From Calcarisporiella thermophila CBS 279.70 (lineage: Eukaryota > Fungi > Calcarisporiellomycota), in the NCBI RefSeq assembly GCF_041956535.1, contig NW_027192196.1, positions 390,921-454,920 on the forward strand: 64,000 nucleotides of DNA, given 5' to 3'. The translations under genes were made by a program, and so were the position numbers. Numbering within the stretch: the stretch's first letter is position 1; every line of letters begins with the position of its first letter. Positions 27,931 through 41,307 of the stretch are shown piece after piece. The notes under the pieces were generated by a model. It was not told the origin of the DNA. It made no database searches and saw nothing but the letters and a program-made list of their open reading frames with translations.

Positions 27931-28025
27931 TCACCTCAATTCCGTAATCAGGACTGCATTATAAAAATTTCTTTCTCCTCCAGAGGCTCTTATCTTCAAC
28001 TTCGCTTTAATTCATTTATTTCTCC

Positions 28026-29106
28026 ATGGATCTCCCGATCTCGCTCACAAATCAAAATGTGCTTCTGATCGGCTCTCCGATCGCAGGTGCCGAACAGATC
28101 ATGCGCACTAAAACTCAACTGGACCAAGAGGCTTCTTCAGTCTCTTTCGAGCAATGTGATCGTATAACCCAAGGTAAATTTATCTTTATGCTAAGTGTTT
28201 TTTTTTCTGTCTTTTCTAGATCTCAATATGTTCGAGTATGTGCTTAATGATTTTATGATGATTCCATTTGATATAGCCCCCATCAACAATGGTTCATTTA
28301 CCACAATCTTATCCGGGATACTGGCTCTCGCATGCTCGCATCCAGCGGCTGTCCTTGCTAAATACTCGCAGATTCTCGCTCTTAATGGAACTCTTTTCTT
28401 ATGTGAGCCAGTATCACGCACAACGTCTCTTTCCTCCTCTTTGAGAACTTCACAAGAGCTCGTTTCAGCACTTAAGCTTGCCGGGTTTGTAGATGTGCAG
28501 CTATTGAGGACAAAGGTCCTGCCAGAGGATCTAAAAACATTTGCCCAAGAGAACTGGAAAGTGGACCCCACTGAAGTTGAGATTGCAGAAGTGATTGCCA
28601 AAAAGCCAAATTACGAGCAGGGAGCCTCTTTTGCACTGTCCTTTGCAAAAAAGAAGGCACCTGTCTCCAATGGAACCCAACACAATACCACGGCAGATAA
28701 GGCTGCAGTGTGGACACTCTCCGCGAACGACGATGATGGAGATGTTGAACTTGAGGATGAGGATGCCCTGCTTGATGAGGTTGATCTTGTCCGGCCGTCA
28801 AAGGAATCCCTTGTCCGTGATGACTGTGAGATGACCGGCGGCAAGAGAAAGGCCTGCAAAAACTGCACTTGCGGGCGTGCAGAGATGGAAGAGAATGGGG
28901 TCGTATCCATTGATTTGGAGGACGACTCGAACGGCATCACTGAGGTGAAACCTAAAAAGAACTTGCCAGCCTCATCATGTGGGAACTGCTATCTAGGCGA
29001 CGCCTTCCGTTGCAGCACATGCCCCTACATGGGAATGCCTGCTTTCAAGCCTGGAGAAAAGGTCGCGTTAACTGGAGCGATGATGGCGGACGATATTGAC
29101 ATCTAA
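28026..29106 (+). CDS. DRE2: Fe-S cluster assembly protein Dre2/anamorsin
   Basis: [11 protein letters not shown] and [31 protein letters not shown]; degenerate methyltransferase-like N-terminus. Confidence 0.96.
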
Positions 29107-29712
29107 TTCTTTTCTAAACCATGACCTTTAATTTATATCTACCTCCCCACTTTGACCTCACACTCACCCCTCTTCATTTTTTTTTTTTTGTTGTTTTGCT
29201 TATGCCTAAAACCTACCGCTTTCCCTTTATCAATCCCACCGGCTCAGATATGGCAAGAAGCAACGCATCGAAGATGAATCTATATATTTGTATTTGAGTC
29301 GCATGAATAAAGATATACAGCTGCATCGTTCCCAACCAGGTGGTTTATTGAGTGTGCTCCTATAGCAGCAATAAAAATATCTGAGGATGATCCTCTTCAT
29401 ACTTGTGAATATAAGATGGCTCTCATTAAGTTGACGAATACATCTGCTGTCTACATACTATATGATGAACACTAGCTCCGGCTCGATGAAAAGTATTTTG
29501 GACGCCGTTTGAATGTTTGGAGCCAGCTCATTCTTTTAAGAGAATAGAGCATAGAATTAAAACAAATATTCATTTTTAAAATAACTTAAACGACATTATG
29601 GAATTGTGGAAACAATAGAACACACACAAGTCTTTGATTATACTCTGCGATGCGAGGTAGTCGCTCAGTCATACATGACTCACATCAACATTCTCCTTGC
29701 TATATTTATTTT

Positions 29713-31303
<1,591 letters not shown>

Positions 31304-32000
31304 GGATGTTGATCAGAATCCGATTTTTGTTATGAAAATAAGTCTTGGAGAGAAAAAATAACTGAAATTCGATCTATTTGCTGGGCTTAACCACTAAAGA
31401 TTCTCTAATCGGTTCGCCACATCAATTATAATAAAGCTTGCGGCGCATCGTGAATATCCATGCTATAATGTGAAAAGTGACCCATACTATCAGCCATGGC
31501 TGTCTCTAAGGTCTGATTGTGTCTGTAGCAGTAGCCTGTAAAAAAAGCGATAGTACTATCTCCTCACTCGCACGAGATCCTCCTATATAACCTAACGACT
31601 TTAGATTCCTTCGATAACGGATTTAATAGCTTTACATGTTTGGAACCTATTGTGAAAAGTAACGATTGCGGGGATATACTTAGGCTCCTTAACCGCCATA
31701 CCAAGGATAAGTTCCATGGAGTCTGAAAATCGAAAGCTACTCGGGCTAGCTCTTAGGTCCTTTTCTTCACCGAAGGGCAAGTTCCTAATTGCATTTTGGT
31801 CGAAAATTAATATCTAAAATCGCGCAGTCGGTTGTGGGAATGAAGTCATGAATTTTCTGACCTTAAATCATAATGATTTTAAATCCCTCTTGAATGCGAT
31901 TTTTTCATACGCTCCAACTTCCATAGCGCGAATTTCAAGTATAATATCTAGCTCTCTGAAGCTAATTCGCCATTCATTCCGAGCAATCGATCGTAATTCA

Positions 32001-33303
32001 ATGTCGACACTTTCCTTATATAAGGAGCTCCTTGATGTAGAGGTGTTCGTCGATATTGAACGCCTTCGAGACTCGGCTCGGAGGTACGGCGTACCTGAAG
32101 AAATGCGTGGGGTAAATGCATCGCTCCTCTTTTCCATAACGATATTGGTTTGCTAGACTGATATAAGATATCTTTCTACAAATGTAGATAGTATGGAAGT
32201 ATTTGCTTGGGGTGGAATCGCCTGATCGCTGTAGGTCTCTCCCACATTTTGTTTGGTATAATGATTGACTTCAACCTTTCTACAGCCAAAGAAATCACCC
32301 GGATTAAAGCTCATGAAGAAGAATACAACCTTATTGACAAAAGTGACTCCGTATTTACTAAGCGCATTCGCGGAGAGCTTTCGCGCTACTCTCGCAGGCT
32401 TAATATCCGATTCCCGAAAGAGCTTTCGACCGTGTTCGAGAATGTGGTATGTGCCTATTTGGTGCACACCCATAGCATGCGTGGAGGAGGTGGCTACACA
32501 TCGGCCCTTGTGTCACTCTGTGGGCCATTTGTATTTGTATTTGGCTGGGAGAAGGAGATGGACATCTATTATTGCTTCGAGATGTTAATGCAGATTTTAT
32601 GTGAGTGCCCTCCTGAAGTCCTCCCTTCGCTTCTCTAACGGATTCGCTAAACTTGTTTTAGCCGACTATTCCACGGCGCACCCAATTAACGAGCGCGTCG
32701 CGAGCTTCATCACACTCTTCAGAACGGCTCTCCCCGATCTGTAAAATAGACTCTTGGTTGCTGTCTATACACACTGTGACTTAGTCGTCATTTTATTAGG
32801 TACATGTACTTTGATGAAGAGGAAGTTAATGACGAGTGGATAACAAACTGGTTACAATACTTGCTCTCCAAAGAGCTGCGTATGGAAAATCTGCTACGGC
32901 TTTGGGGTAGGTTCGTCATCTTTTGATAGCCACCCATAACTTCTAACCTGTGCTCCTTCGTAGATACCTATTTCTCAATTTCAGATTTCCTGGACTTTCA
33001 CCCCTATGTTTGCCTTGGTACACCTGTTATTCTGCTTTGAAATTTTGACATGGCATCCTAAGCATTCCAATCTTCTCTGTAGCTATACTGAAACACTTCA
33101 AGGAAGACTTGGAGGAGTTAGAGCACTCCGAAATCCGTACACTGCTTATGAGATTGCCACTGTTTGACATGGAACAGGTGAGTGCTACAGGGACGCATTT
33201 GTATTTTATGATGTAACCAGCATGTTTTATACACTAGATTATCAACCAGGCTTTCAGTATTCGTAGTGAGATACTTGAACGGCAAATCCTGGATTATGTA
33301 TAA
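32001..33303 (+). CDS. Small TBC (Rab-GAP fold) domain protein with non-canonical catalytic motifs
   Basis: DIERLRDSARRYGVPEEMRG|..WKYLLGV; LFRTALPDL|YMYFDEEEV..W...WLQYLLSKEL...LLRLW|DTYFS. Confidence 0.8.
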
Positions 33304-33511
33304 TGATACCCTTTGATGTGACCCATTGCTGTAATTATTACTATTTCCGTTCATACCAAACTTCCCTTTATTTTGTATACACAAATTAACCATGGTCCGG
33401 ATAGATAATTGGTTTACATGTACCCTATTTATTTCGCAGTTTTTACAAAGGTAGCTTACAAATTCCATGGATTGTGAGATGTAAAAATGGCCCTAGTGTC
33501 CAGAGCTCTGT

Positions 33512-33715
33512 TCAGCATGACTGTCGCGCTTGCTCGGCGGACTTTGCTTGTGCACGTCCGGCACTTCCTCCCTCGAGCGGGCGACCTTGTTCATCAGTGT
33601 TTCTCAGTCTTTCGGCCTCCCGCTTCTCCACTGTTTCTTGTGATGGCTTCTGGACACTGACGTTTTTGTCATCGGCCATTTGGTCAAGTTTAGCTCCAAC
33701 AAAGGTGCGTTCCAT
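33512..33715 (-). CDS. Small hydrophilic protein, LEA/SMP-like
   Basis: ATG in AAAATG context; 67 aa, highly charged, ending GGSAGRAQAKSA, which resembles the seed-maturation-protein motif. Confidence 0.55.
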   Translation of the reverse strand: MERTFVGAKLDQMADDKNVSVQKPSQETVEKREAERLRNTDEQGRPLEGGSAGRAQAKSAEQARQSC

Positions 33716-34302
33716 TTTAATATATCTTGTTTTTAAACGACAATTGGTTTTCCCGAGTGGTTGGAAATATATGATTTTGATGAAAAAAGGTTCAGTATTC
33801 GTCTTTTATAAGCTTCGAATAGTCAGAATACGCCAAATATAGGCGTCTTCCCCCTATTGCTATTAAAGTCAACCTTTTTTGGGCAATTTAAAAGAAAATA
33901 GAATTTTGGTCAGCAGCAATGAGCCACGGAGTGACGATGCTCCAGCCTACGCCTCTATGGGAAAATAAAGGCTAAGTTGATGATGAAGAAACGTGAATAA
34001 AGTCAGTAGGTAAAATCATTGGTTAGAAAATTCAGTCTGATTCTATGCCTATTTCACAAATTGTTATGCCTGTGTCTCTTATGCTGTTACCATAGATATT
34101 TTTATGGGAAGTCGTTAGAGAGGAGAAACAGGTTAATTACGGCATTCCATTGCTTGAGACATGCATAAACCCCGGAGATAAATGACTAATAATTGCTTGG
34201 AAAAATCTCGGGCTATATTCGTTGAATAGTCTCGAAGCGTCCGAATAAAATGGGGCAACATAGGTTTAATTGCTGCAGGAAAAAACCATTCGCAAATTTC
34301 CA

Positions 34303-34845
34303 ATGACGGATTCAAATGTGATCTCCATCCGTCATCTATGTAATTCAAATGAGAATGAGTGTAGGCAAGCTCTCGACTTGCTTCATGAATACGCAGAGTC
34401 TCTTGGCTTTTCACTTTGCTTTCAAAATTTTGACGCTGAACTTGCCGATTTCAAGGTGCGTTATCATCCCTCTGCGGGAGGCTGCTTTCTTGTCGCGTAT
34501 GCTGGACCAAAAAATGAATCGCCAGTAGGCATTGTAGGTCTTCGCAGACTTTCTCCAACTGTGGCCGAAATGAAAAGACTCTATGTCAAGCCAGAATGTC
34601 GTGGAAAAGGTCTTGGAAGGCTATTGTGTGAACGCGTGCTGGACGAAGCAGTAGGTATGGGATATCGCGAGGTTAAACTGGATACTATCAAAAGTATGAT
34701 GGGGGTTGCGCTTGGAATGTACCAAGGATGGGGATTTACGGAGTGTGAAGCATACTGCGAGAATCCGATAGAGGGCGCAAGTTGGTACAGCTTGGATTTG
34801 GAGAAGTACAAGGAAATCAGAAATAGTAGGGTACCGAACAATTGA
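34303..34845 (+). CDS. GNAT N-acetyltransferase (intronless)
   Basis: EYAESLGFSLCFQNFDAELA; AEMKRLYVKPECRGKGLGRLL (acetyl-CoA motif A); KLDT..M..ALGMYQGWGF. Confidence 0.92.
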   Translation: MTDSNVISIRHLCNSNENECRQALDLLHEYAESLGFSLCFQNFDAELADFKVRYHPSAGGCFLVAYAGPKNESPVGIVGLRRLSPTVAEMKRLYVKPECRGKGLGRLLCERVLDEAVGMGYREVKLDTIKSMMGVALGMYQGWGFTECEAYCENPIEGASWYSLDLEKYKEIRNSRVPNN

Positions 34846-35192
34846 AAAGAGTAAACAATTAAATACGGTCGCCCTACGATATCCAAGGAATTGTTTCCTA
34901 GTTTCATTTATATAAACTTGTCACCAAGCAAATCTAAATTTATTAAATCAGATTTGAGGCCTAACCAGAAACTCTATAAGCCTAAATCAAAGGGGCAGAG
35001 ATAGGCCAGGTCGAGTGGCTTTGCCTATTTGATAAGAACCAATGGATTCCTTAGTGTCCTCAAAAAGGAGCTCACCTAACTTCTTCATATTTCCTCCATT
35101 ATCCCCACCGGTGTGTCGAGAGCGTTCCCGTTCGTGCGTAAAGAAATCAACATCTTCGCACACTCCCGCCCTCTCTTTTACTTTCCCTTTAT

Positions 35193-37007
35193 ATGACCTC
35201 TCTCCCCGATTTCTCCAAATTCACACCTAAACGACTTCATCGCCGTCGTTCGTCCGCTTTCAATACACTTATTCAGCATCATACATCTCATACCTCTAAA
35301 ACCCACTCCCGGCATACCAACACAGCACATAAATTTCCATTCAACCGCCATCTCAAAATGCTCATAAGTGTTGTGTCGAGGCGCGGCCTATGGTTTCGCG
35401 TGCTCGCTATTATTACGGTTTTCTTACTAGTATTGTGGATCTCTTTGCCGAATGAAATGGGTAAAAAGTCATTCTCTGATTTGAAAGGATGGAAATCAAC
35501 GGAAGAAAGTATGGAGCAGAGCCAAAATGGTATGATGCCTCATTGTGTTCTTCAATCCTATTATGAATTGCGATTCTCATGTATAAATTTCTTTCTCTTA
35601 GATCCATCATCTATACCCCTCTTCACTGATAAGGAGACCAAACAAGCCTCCGACCGTCAAAAGCATACTGGTGTTGCTGCCGATGAAGAAGATTCTCTCT
35701 CAGGTCAACTGAGGGCCCCCGCACCTCACACTTCCGACCATTGCGATTCGCCCACACCTGGTCGACCCGCCATTCAATACGCTCTCATGATTGATGCCGG
35801 ATCCACTGGTTCCCGCATCCATGTATACCGCTTCAATTACTGCAAATCCACCCCTGAGCTTGAGGATGAAGTATTTGAGAAAACCGAACCAGGCCTTTCT
35901 TCCTACAAGGATGATCCCTTGGCGGCAGCAAAAAGTTTAGACGGACTTATGCAAGTTGCCCTTGACAATGTTCCCAAGGATTTATATGATTGTACGCCCA
36001 TTGCTGTCAAAGCGACCGCTGGACTTCGACTTCTTGGTGAAAACCAATCAAAGAATATTCTCAAAGCGGTGCGAAATCGCCTTGAGAAAAATTACCCCTT
36101 TCCTATCCATGGAGGGCCATCGGGCGTTGAGATTATGGATGGTAGGGATGAGGGCGTCTATGCGTGGACAACCGTGAATTACTTACTAGGTAATCTGCAC
36201 TCCAAGAATTCGCTTACGGCTGGCGTCTTTGATCTGGGCGGCGCATCCACCCAGATCGTATTTGAACCTGCGATGGAAGAATCGAAACAGCTACCAAACG
36301 GGGACCATCGTTATGAGCTGTCTTTTGGAGGAAGGAAGTTTGTTCTCTATCAGAATTCTTATTTGAGCTATGGACTAAAAGAGGCGCGCAAAGGTATGAC
36401 CAATTACCTTATCAAGCAATGGCGCTCTGATGCGGCTGCGAGAGACAATGAGGTGCATGATCCATGTCTACCTTTGAAACACGTGGAAGAGGTACAACTC
36501 AATGAAAGCGTCCGTGGATATCGCACGGTGCGTGTCGTTGGCACCGGTGCAGGATTTGCAGCATGCAGGGCGGTGGCAGAGCAAATTCTGAACAAAGAGA
36601 AAGAATGTCCCCTGGCACCCTGCTCTTTCAATGGGACATACCAGCCGTCCTTGGAGGAGACTTTCCATCAACACGACATTTATGCGTTCTCGTACTTCTA
36701 TGATCTCACTTATCCTCTCGGAATGCCCTCTGAATTTTCTGTGCGTGAATTACGTGAGCTTACCGATGATGTGTGTAAGGGAGAGACAAGGAAGTTTGCC
36801 CACGTTCCGGGAGCCGAAGCTGAGCTGAGGGGATCGCCAAATTTCTGCAAAGATCTCAGTTTCATCTACACTCTCTTGCACACCGGCTATGGAATCCCTG
36901 AGGATCGGATGCTGAAGATTGCAAAAAAGATTCGTGGCGCAGAGACAGGATGGTGCCTCGGGGCCTCTCTCGCCATGCTGGATGAGAAGAAATGGTGCAA
37001 GGCATAG
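35193..37007 (+). CDS. GDA1: Golgi GDPase/apyrase, GDA1/CD39 family
   Basis: Apyrase conserved regions IDAGSTGSRIHVY, KATAGLRLL, DEGVYAW, DLGGASTQ, GWCLGA; N-terminal TM; probable intron near 35530-35601. Confidence 0.93.
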   Translation: MTSLPDFSKFTPKRLHRRRSSAFNTLIQHHTSHTSKTHSRHTNTAHKFPFNRHLKMLISVVSRRGLWFRVLAIITVFLLVLWISLPNEMGKKSFSDLKGWKSTEESMEQSQNGMMPHCVLQSYYELRFSCINFFLLDPSSIPLFTDKETKQASDRQKHTGVAADEEDSLSGQLRAPAPHTSDHCDSPTPGRPAIQYALMIDAGSTGSRIHVYRFNYCKSTPELEDEVFEKTEPGLSSYKDDPLAAAKSLDGLMQVALDNVPKDLYDCTPIAVKATAGLRLLGENQSKNILKAVRNRLEKNYPFPIHGGPSGVEIMDGRDEGVYAWTTVNYLLGNLHSKNSLTAGVFDLGGASTQIVFEPAMEESKQLPNGDHRYELSFGGRKFVLYQNSYLSYGLKEARKGMTNYLIKQWRSDAAARDNEVHDPCLPLKHVEEVQLNESVRGYRTVRVVGTGAGFAACRAVAEQILNKEKECPLAPCSFNGTYQPSLEETFHQHDIYAFSYFYDLTYPLGMPSEFSVRELRELTDDVCKGETRKFAHVPGAEAELRGSPNFCKDLSFIYTLLHTGYGIPEDRMLKIAKKIRGAETGWCLGASLAMLDEKKWCKA

Positions 37008-37446
37008 ATGTAGAACAAAAGGAAACCAAGTCATATTCTCCCTACCTACCCCCGTCTATATAATTTTTATTATTGCTATTGTTATTGCTAATTGTAAAAG
37101 GAAACGTGGATTGGGATATTAAACCAAATAGATTTCTTTTTCTTTTCTCTTTTCTTAACCATTTTGGTCCCAATGTTGCATACGATACGCTGGAAAGACA
37201 GAGGTGCATTTTCTTCCATTTACAAAAACCAACTGCTATTGGATGGTAGAATAATAGTACTATTAGAATGATAATATGAATGATAATATGGATGATTAAA
37301 GGGGGAAAAAAAGAGAAAATATAAATAAGAATAAGAATGCATCATAATATATCGACAAAGTGCAATAAAAGTACAATAGACACAATACAAGTGGTAAAAA
37401 GTCTAGTGGTTCAGCCTTGCGTAAAGAAACTATGCAGCAAATCAAC

Positions 37447-39266
37447 TCAATCTCCCCTAGATCCAAGAGTCGACTCGGATAGCTGCTGAGAAGAGTGGGA
37501 CAATGGCTCATTCACAGTGACAGCAGGTTGGCATAAGAAAGCTATGGACACACATAAAGGGTTAGTCAACAGACCCAAGAAAAAGAATTGAACCGTCTTT
37601 TTGCAAACGGCGTCGAACCTACTTTTTTTCAGTCGTTTCAAAAAGCGATGTTTCCTCTTGCTCTCGTTGCTTGCCGGCAGACTCCTTTGACCTTCATCGG
37701 AGGAGGAGGAGGAGGATCGGCTTGCTCTATTTATCTGCTGGTTCACGCATCTCATGGAACAGAGCACGTAATTCACAATTAAAGTTTCGTCGCAAACAAC
37801 CGCGATTTCCCTGTATTCAATCCACTTGCGGCACATAGGGGCTGCGCACTGATCACAGAGTATGCGATCCCTGAGATAATCGCGGATTTGAATAGGAATT
37901 TGGCGCTGAATGCTAGTGAGCGAGTCAGCAGAATATTCTCTAAGACAAGAGCGAGCTGCAAGTTCGAGGAGGGGGGGAGGTTGGCCACCGGATTTATCCC
38001 AGAGCACTCCTAACTTGGTTGGATCGAGTTGGTTCTCATCCACGAGTACGCATTTCAGGGCTTGCATGTACTGCACTTGCCATGGAAGCACTACCAGTCG
38101 ATTTCTTCGCATATCTAGTTTTTCTAGTTTGGGAAGTTCGCAGATCACCGGCGGCAGGTGCTCAATATTATTCTGGACCACGCCCAGTTTGGTGAGATTG
38201 ACAAGCGCACCCAACGCGTCAGGAAGGGACTGTAGCTTATTGTCGTTAAGGTTGAGCCATTCTAGCCCTTTCAGTTCGCCGATGCTCTCCGGCAAAGCGG
38301 TCAAAACATTAATGGCCAGGTTCAATCTTCGTAGGTTTTTCAACAGTCTGATTTCCTCTGGCAAACACTTGAGTGCATTGGTGTGCAGATCCAGGTTCAC
38401 GAGTTTCTTGGCGGAATGGCAAAAGTCGGGCGAAATGGTTTGAATGAAATTGCCCGAAAGGAAGAGCTGGGAGAGAGCGGGAAGCTGTGCAAGTTGAGTG
38501 GGGATGGAGAGGAAGAGGTTGAAGCTGAGATTTAGGTTGGCAAGATTTCGGAGGAAAATGAAAGCGGGAGGAATGGATTCGATTCGGTTCTTCTGAGCTA
38601 GGAGGGTCTTCAAATTCTTGAGCTTGCAAACGCAGTCGGGAATTGCTACAAAGGGCCATTAGAGTAAGCAATGAGTGGCTGCCCAAAAGAGAGCCTCGTA
38701 ATAAAAGATGGTATTTACATGTGAATCGGTTTTTCTGTATATCCAGACACTCCAGCTTTGACAATTTCTCCAGTTCGCGGGGTAAACTCGTCAACAAGTT
38801 TCCCCCAAGCGTAAGCGTAGACAGGTTGCTTAAATGGCATATGTCCTTAGGGAGCTCTGCAATTCTATTGTGTGCGAGTGAGAGGCGTGTCAAGGAGCGG
38901 ATATGCAGCACAGTCTGGGGGAATGTGGAGAGAAGATTTTCGCGCAGCGAAAGTTCACGAAGGTTTTCTAAGCATAGGATCTCATTGGAGATCGAAGTCA
39001 AGTTGTTACGGCGGAGATAGAGCTTGGTTGCACTGACATGGTCTCTGAGGAAGCCGTAGGGTATCCTTACATAGGGAAGAGAGGTATGATCGTTAATTGT
39101 TGGCTGCGTGATGAGGTAGGTCGGAAGCTCAACACTTACTCTAACAGCTGCTGGTCTGAAAAGTCAGCCTATAAGTGTGGGAAAAAGACAAGGGTAAGCC
39201 TAGGCTCGTGGGCACAGAGTTGAGCAAAGGATGTAGGCTAACCTCTTTGAAAGTAATGTTCCCCAT
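37447..39266 (-). CDS. Leucine-rich-repeat protein with C-terminal BC-box-like and Cys-rich region (LRRC58/LRRC28-like)
   Basis: About 15 LxxLxLxxNxL repeats followed by PPPLLELAAR...CDQC...C...LCSMRC. Start MGNITFKE inferred at 39266. The stop may be at 37512 if 37593-37542 is spliced. Confidence 0.85.
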
Positions 39267-39760
39267 TCCCGGTGGAGGATAGCGGAGCAAAGACTAAAAA
39301 GCAAGAGCTGAGAGAGCAAGGGGAAAGAGTGGAGGGGAAATTCGGGTGGAAAGACAGAATTTGGGAGGAGGAGAGAAGTGAGTCGGAAAAGAGAGACATA
39401 GCTTTAAAACGAGCAATATCGTTTTGCTATCGTATTTGTCGGGCGCAAAGGGGGGCAAATATTAGGTTGCAAGCTTGACTTGAGACTGGTCAATCGCTTG
39501 AGACTTTTGCCATGCATATAGAAAAATTGAAACAAGCCGGAATGCGTCATTGGATACGAGATTTTCAATTGGAACAATGAAATTAAGACAGGTACAGTCC
39601 TTATATAAGACAGGGGATCCCTTATAAGGACAAAGACAAAATGTGCAGACAAATAAGATACAAGGGCAGGAGTGGCATGCCAAGAGAAAACAAAGATGGG
39701 AGATAGACACAGAAGATATTCATGGCCAAAGAGATATGTACCGCGCGAATCGCCACTCTG

Positions 39761-41307
39761 CTAATTTGAAAAGGGACAAAAATTCTTCATCAGACCGCGA
39801 AACTCAACCGCCAATTTCTCCACTTCACAGCGCAGCAGCTCGCCGTCAATGCGGGTGCGATACCGCTGCCATTGCTTGAAGACTTCCTTCGGCAGCCCCG
39901 CGTAAATCCAGGCCGGAGACGCGAGGAGAAAGAGGGTGGCCATGACGGAATGGTTCGAAGCTGACGAGTGGCCCGTCGATGCCACCAGATCGTAGATCTG
40001 GGATCTGCGGGTTTCTTGGGTCAATTTCACCATCCTTTCGCACTGCTCTTCGCGATTTCCTATGCCGACACTCTGCAGTGTCAGGAGAAGGAGATATTCC
40101 CTTGGAACTGAAGCAAGCGTGGTGCCAACAACCATGTCAAGCGAGTCCGGCTTCTCGCGGTGTAGACGCTCAGGAATTTCTCGGAACAGAATCTTTGCTA
40201 GCGTCGTCCAATTCAACTGGTTCGGGGTGACCGCCTCTTGGGTATATACTGGAGTCGTTGTTGTTTTTCTATTCACTGGTAGCTTCGAAGCACACGCTTT
40301 AATCTTGCAAAGGGAAATGGGCGGGACTTTCCCGTGCGAGAGCAAGAAATATCCCCTAGGGCGACCAGTCTCCTTATCCACGGGTCGCATCGCCTCATAG
40401 AGTAGCTCTGCATCTGAGAAAAAGCTCTTGTACTTGAATCGCGCTACGTCAAGTATTAGAGTCATTTTTTTCCCTTCGGGTGTATTAACGCATGCTCCAA
40501 CAGGTGAGAAATGCCCATCGCCCGTTTGTCCCATCGCTTTGCGAGAAAACGAGACAACCATATAGAGATCATTGCGCGAGCAGACGTTCTGGAGGTCCTC
40601 GAGGAACTCTTGCTTGGAGACCTCGTCAGCTCGCTTGGCAATCACATTGCAGTGGCATTTTGCAAGACCTATCAATACGATGCAATAGACGTCGGTAAGC
40701 AAAAATGATACCTCACAAATGAATATTACAAGCAGAACTGAGACTTACATGCAAATTGACTGAAAGTTATTCCTTTCTCTTGGACCTCTTCCCTTGGTGA
40801 ACAGCAATGTAATAGATCATCTGTATACCATCTCCATACGCCCTTCCAGACTCTCCGTGGGTCAACCTCTAGTGCATTAAGCACCATCGCCAGTGACGAG
40901 GGCCCACAGAAAGCAGGCTCTGATTGCTGTGTAAAATTCCCTGCCAAATTAAAAAATCCTTCTGCTGTACCCTGATGCAATGCCTCGGTAAAGAGTTTTT
41001 TCCCGTGCTTCGAAGTAAAAGAAATGAGGTGAGAGGGGAGTTCCCGGCCATGAAAAGTTCGATCAGGAGGAGGAGCAAGAACAAGATCTTGAAGTGCAGG
41101 ATCAAGTAACAATGAAATGTCGATGGATTCGTTGGAGGAGCGCTGAAGTTCGGATGTTAAAGTAGTTTTAGAACGATACGAGGAAAAGTGGAGGGCATTA
41201 AAAGCACTAGGGGAATATGAAAGAGGAGATATTTTACAAGTCGAAGGGTGTATGATATTGGAACATACACGCCGAATGCAGTGAGATGCTGCTGGTTGGA
41301 TCAACAT
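39761..41307 (-). CDS. PCS1: Phytochelatin synthase (glutathione gamma-glutamylcysteinyltransferase); 2 exons
   Basis: QSEPAFCGPSSLAMVLNALEVDP..WKGVWRWY; GQTGDGHFSPVG; LILDVARFKY (Cys/His/Asp triad intact); DKETGRPRGY. Confidence 0.96.

Noticed and set aside
29455-29535. Possible SECIS or C/D snoRNA (ATGATGA, paired GGCTC/GAGCC) between DRE2 and CMK1
   Set aside because: Helix 2 and the GA quartet do not form properly, there is no downstream box D, and neither flanking gene has an in-frame TGA.
31420-31990. Possible spliced micro-ORF or lncRNA on the minus strand between CMK1 and the TBC gene
   Set aside because: Splice-like signals exist, but no convincing reading frame or RNA motif could be assembled.
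33509-33517. Cys-TGA end of the small protein as a possible selenocysteine or readthrough site
   Set aside because: No redox motif, SECIS or TGA-CTA readthrough context.
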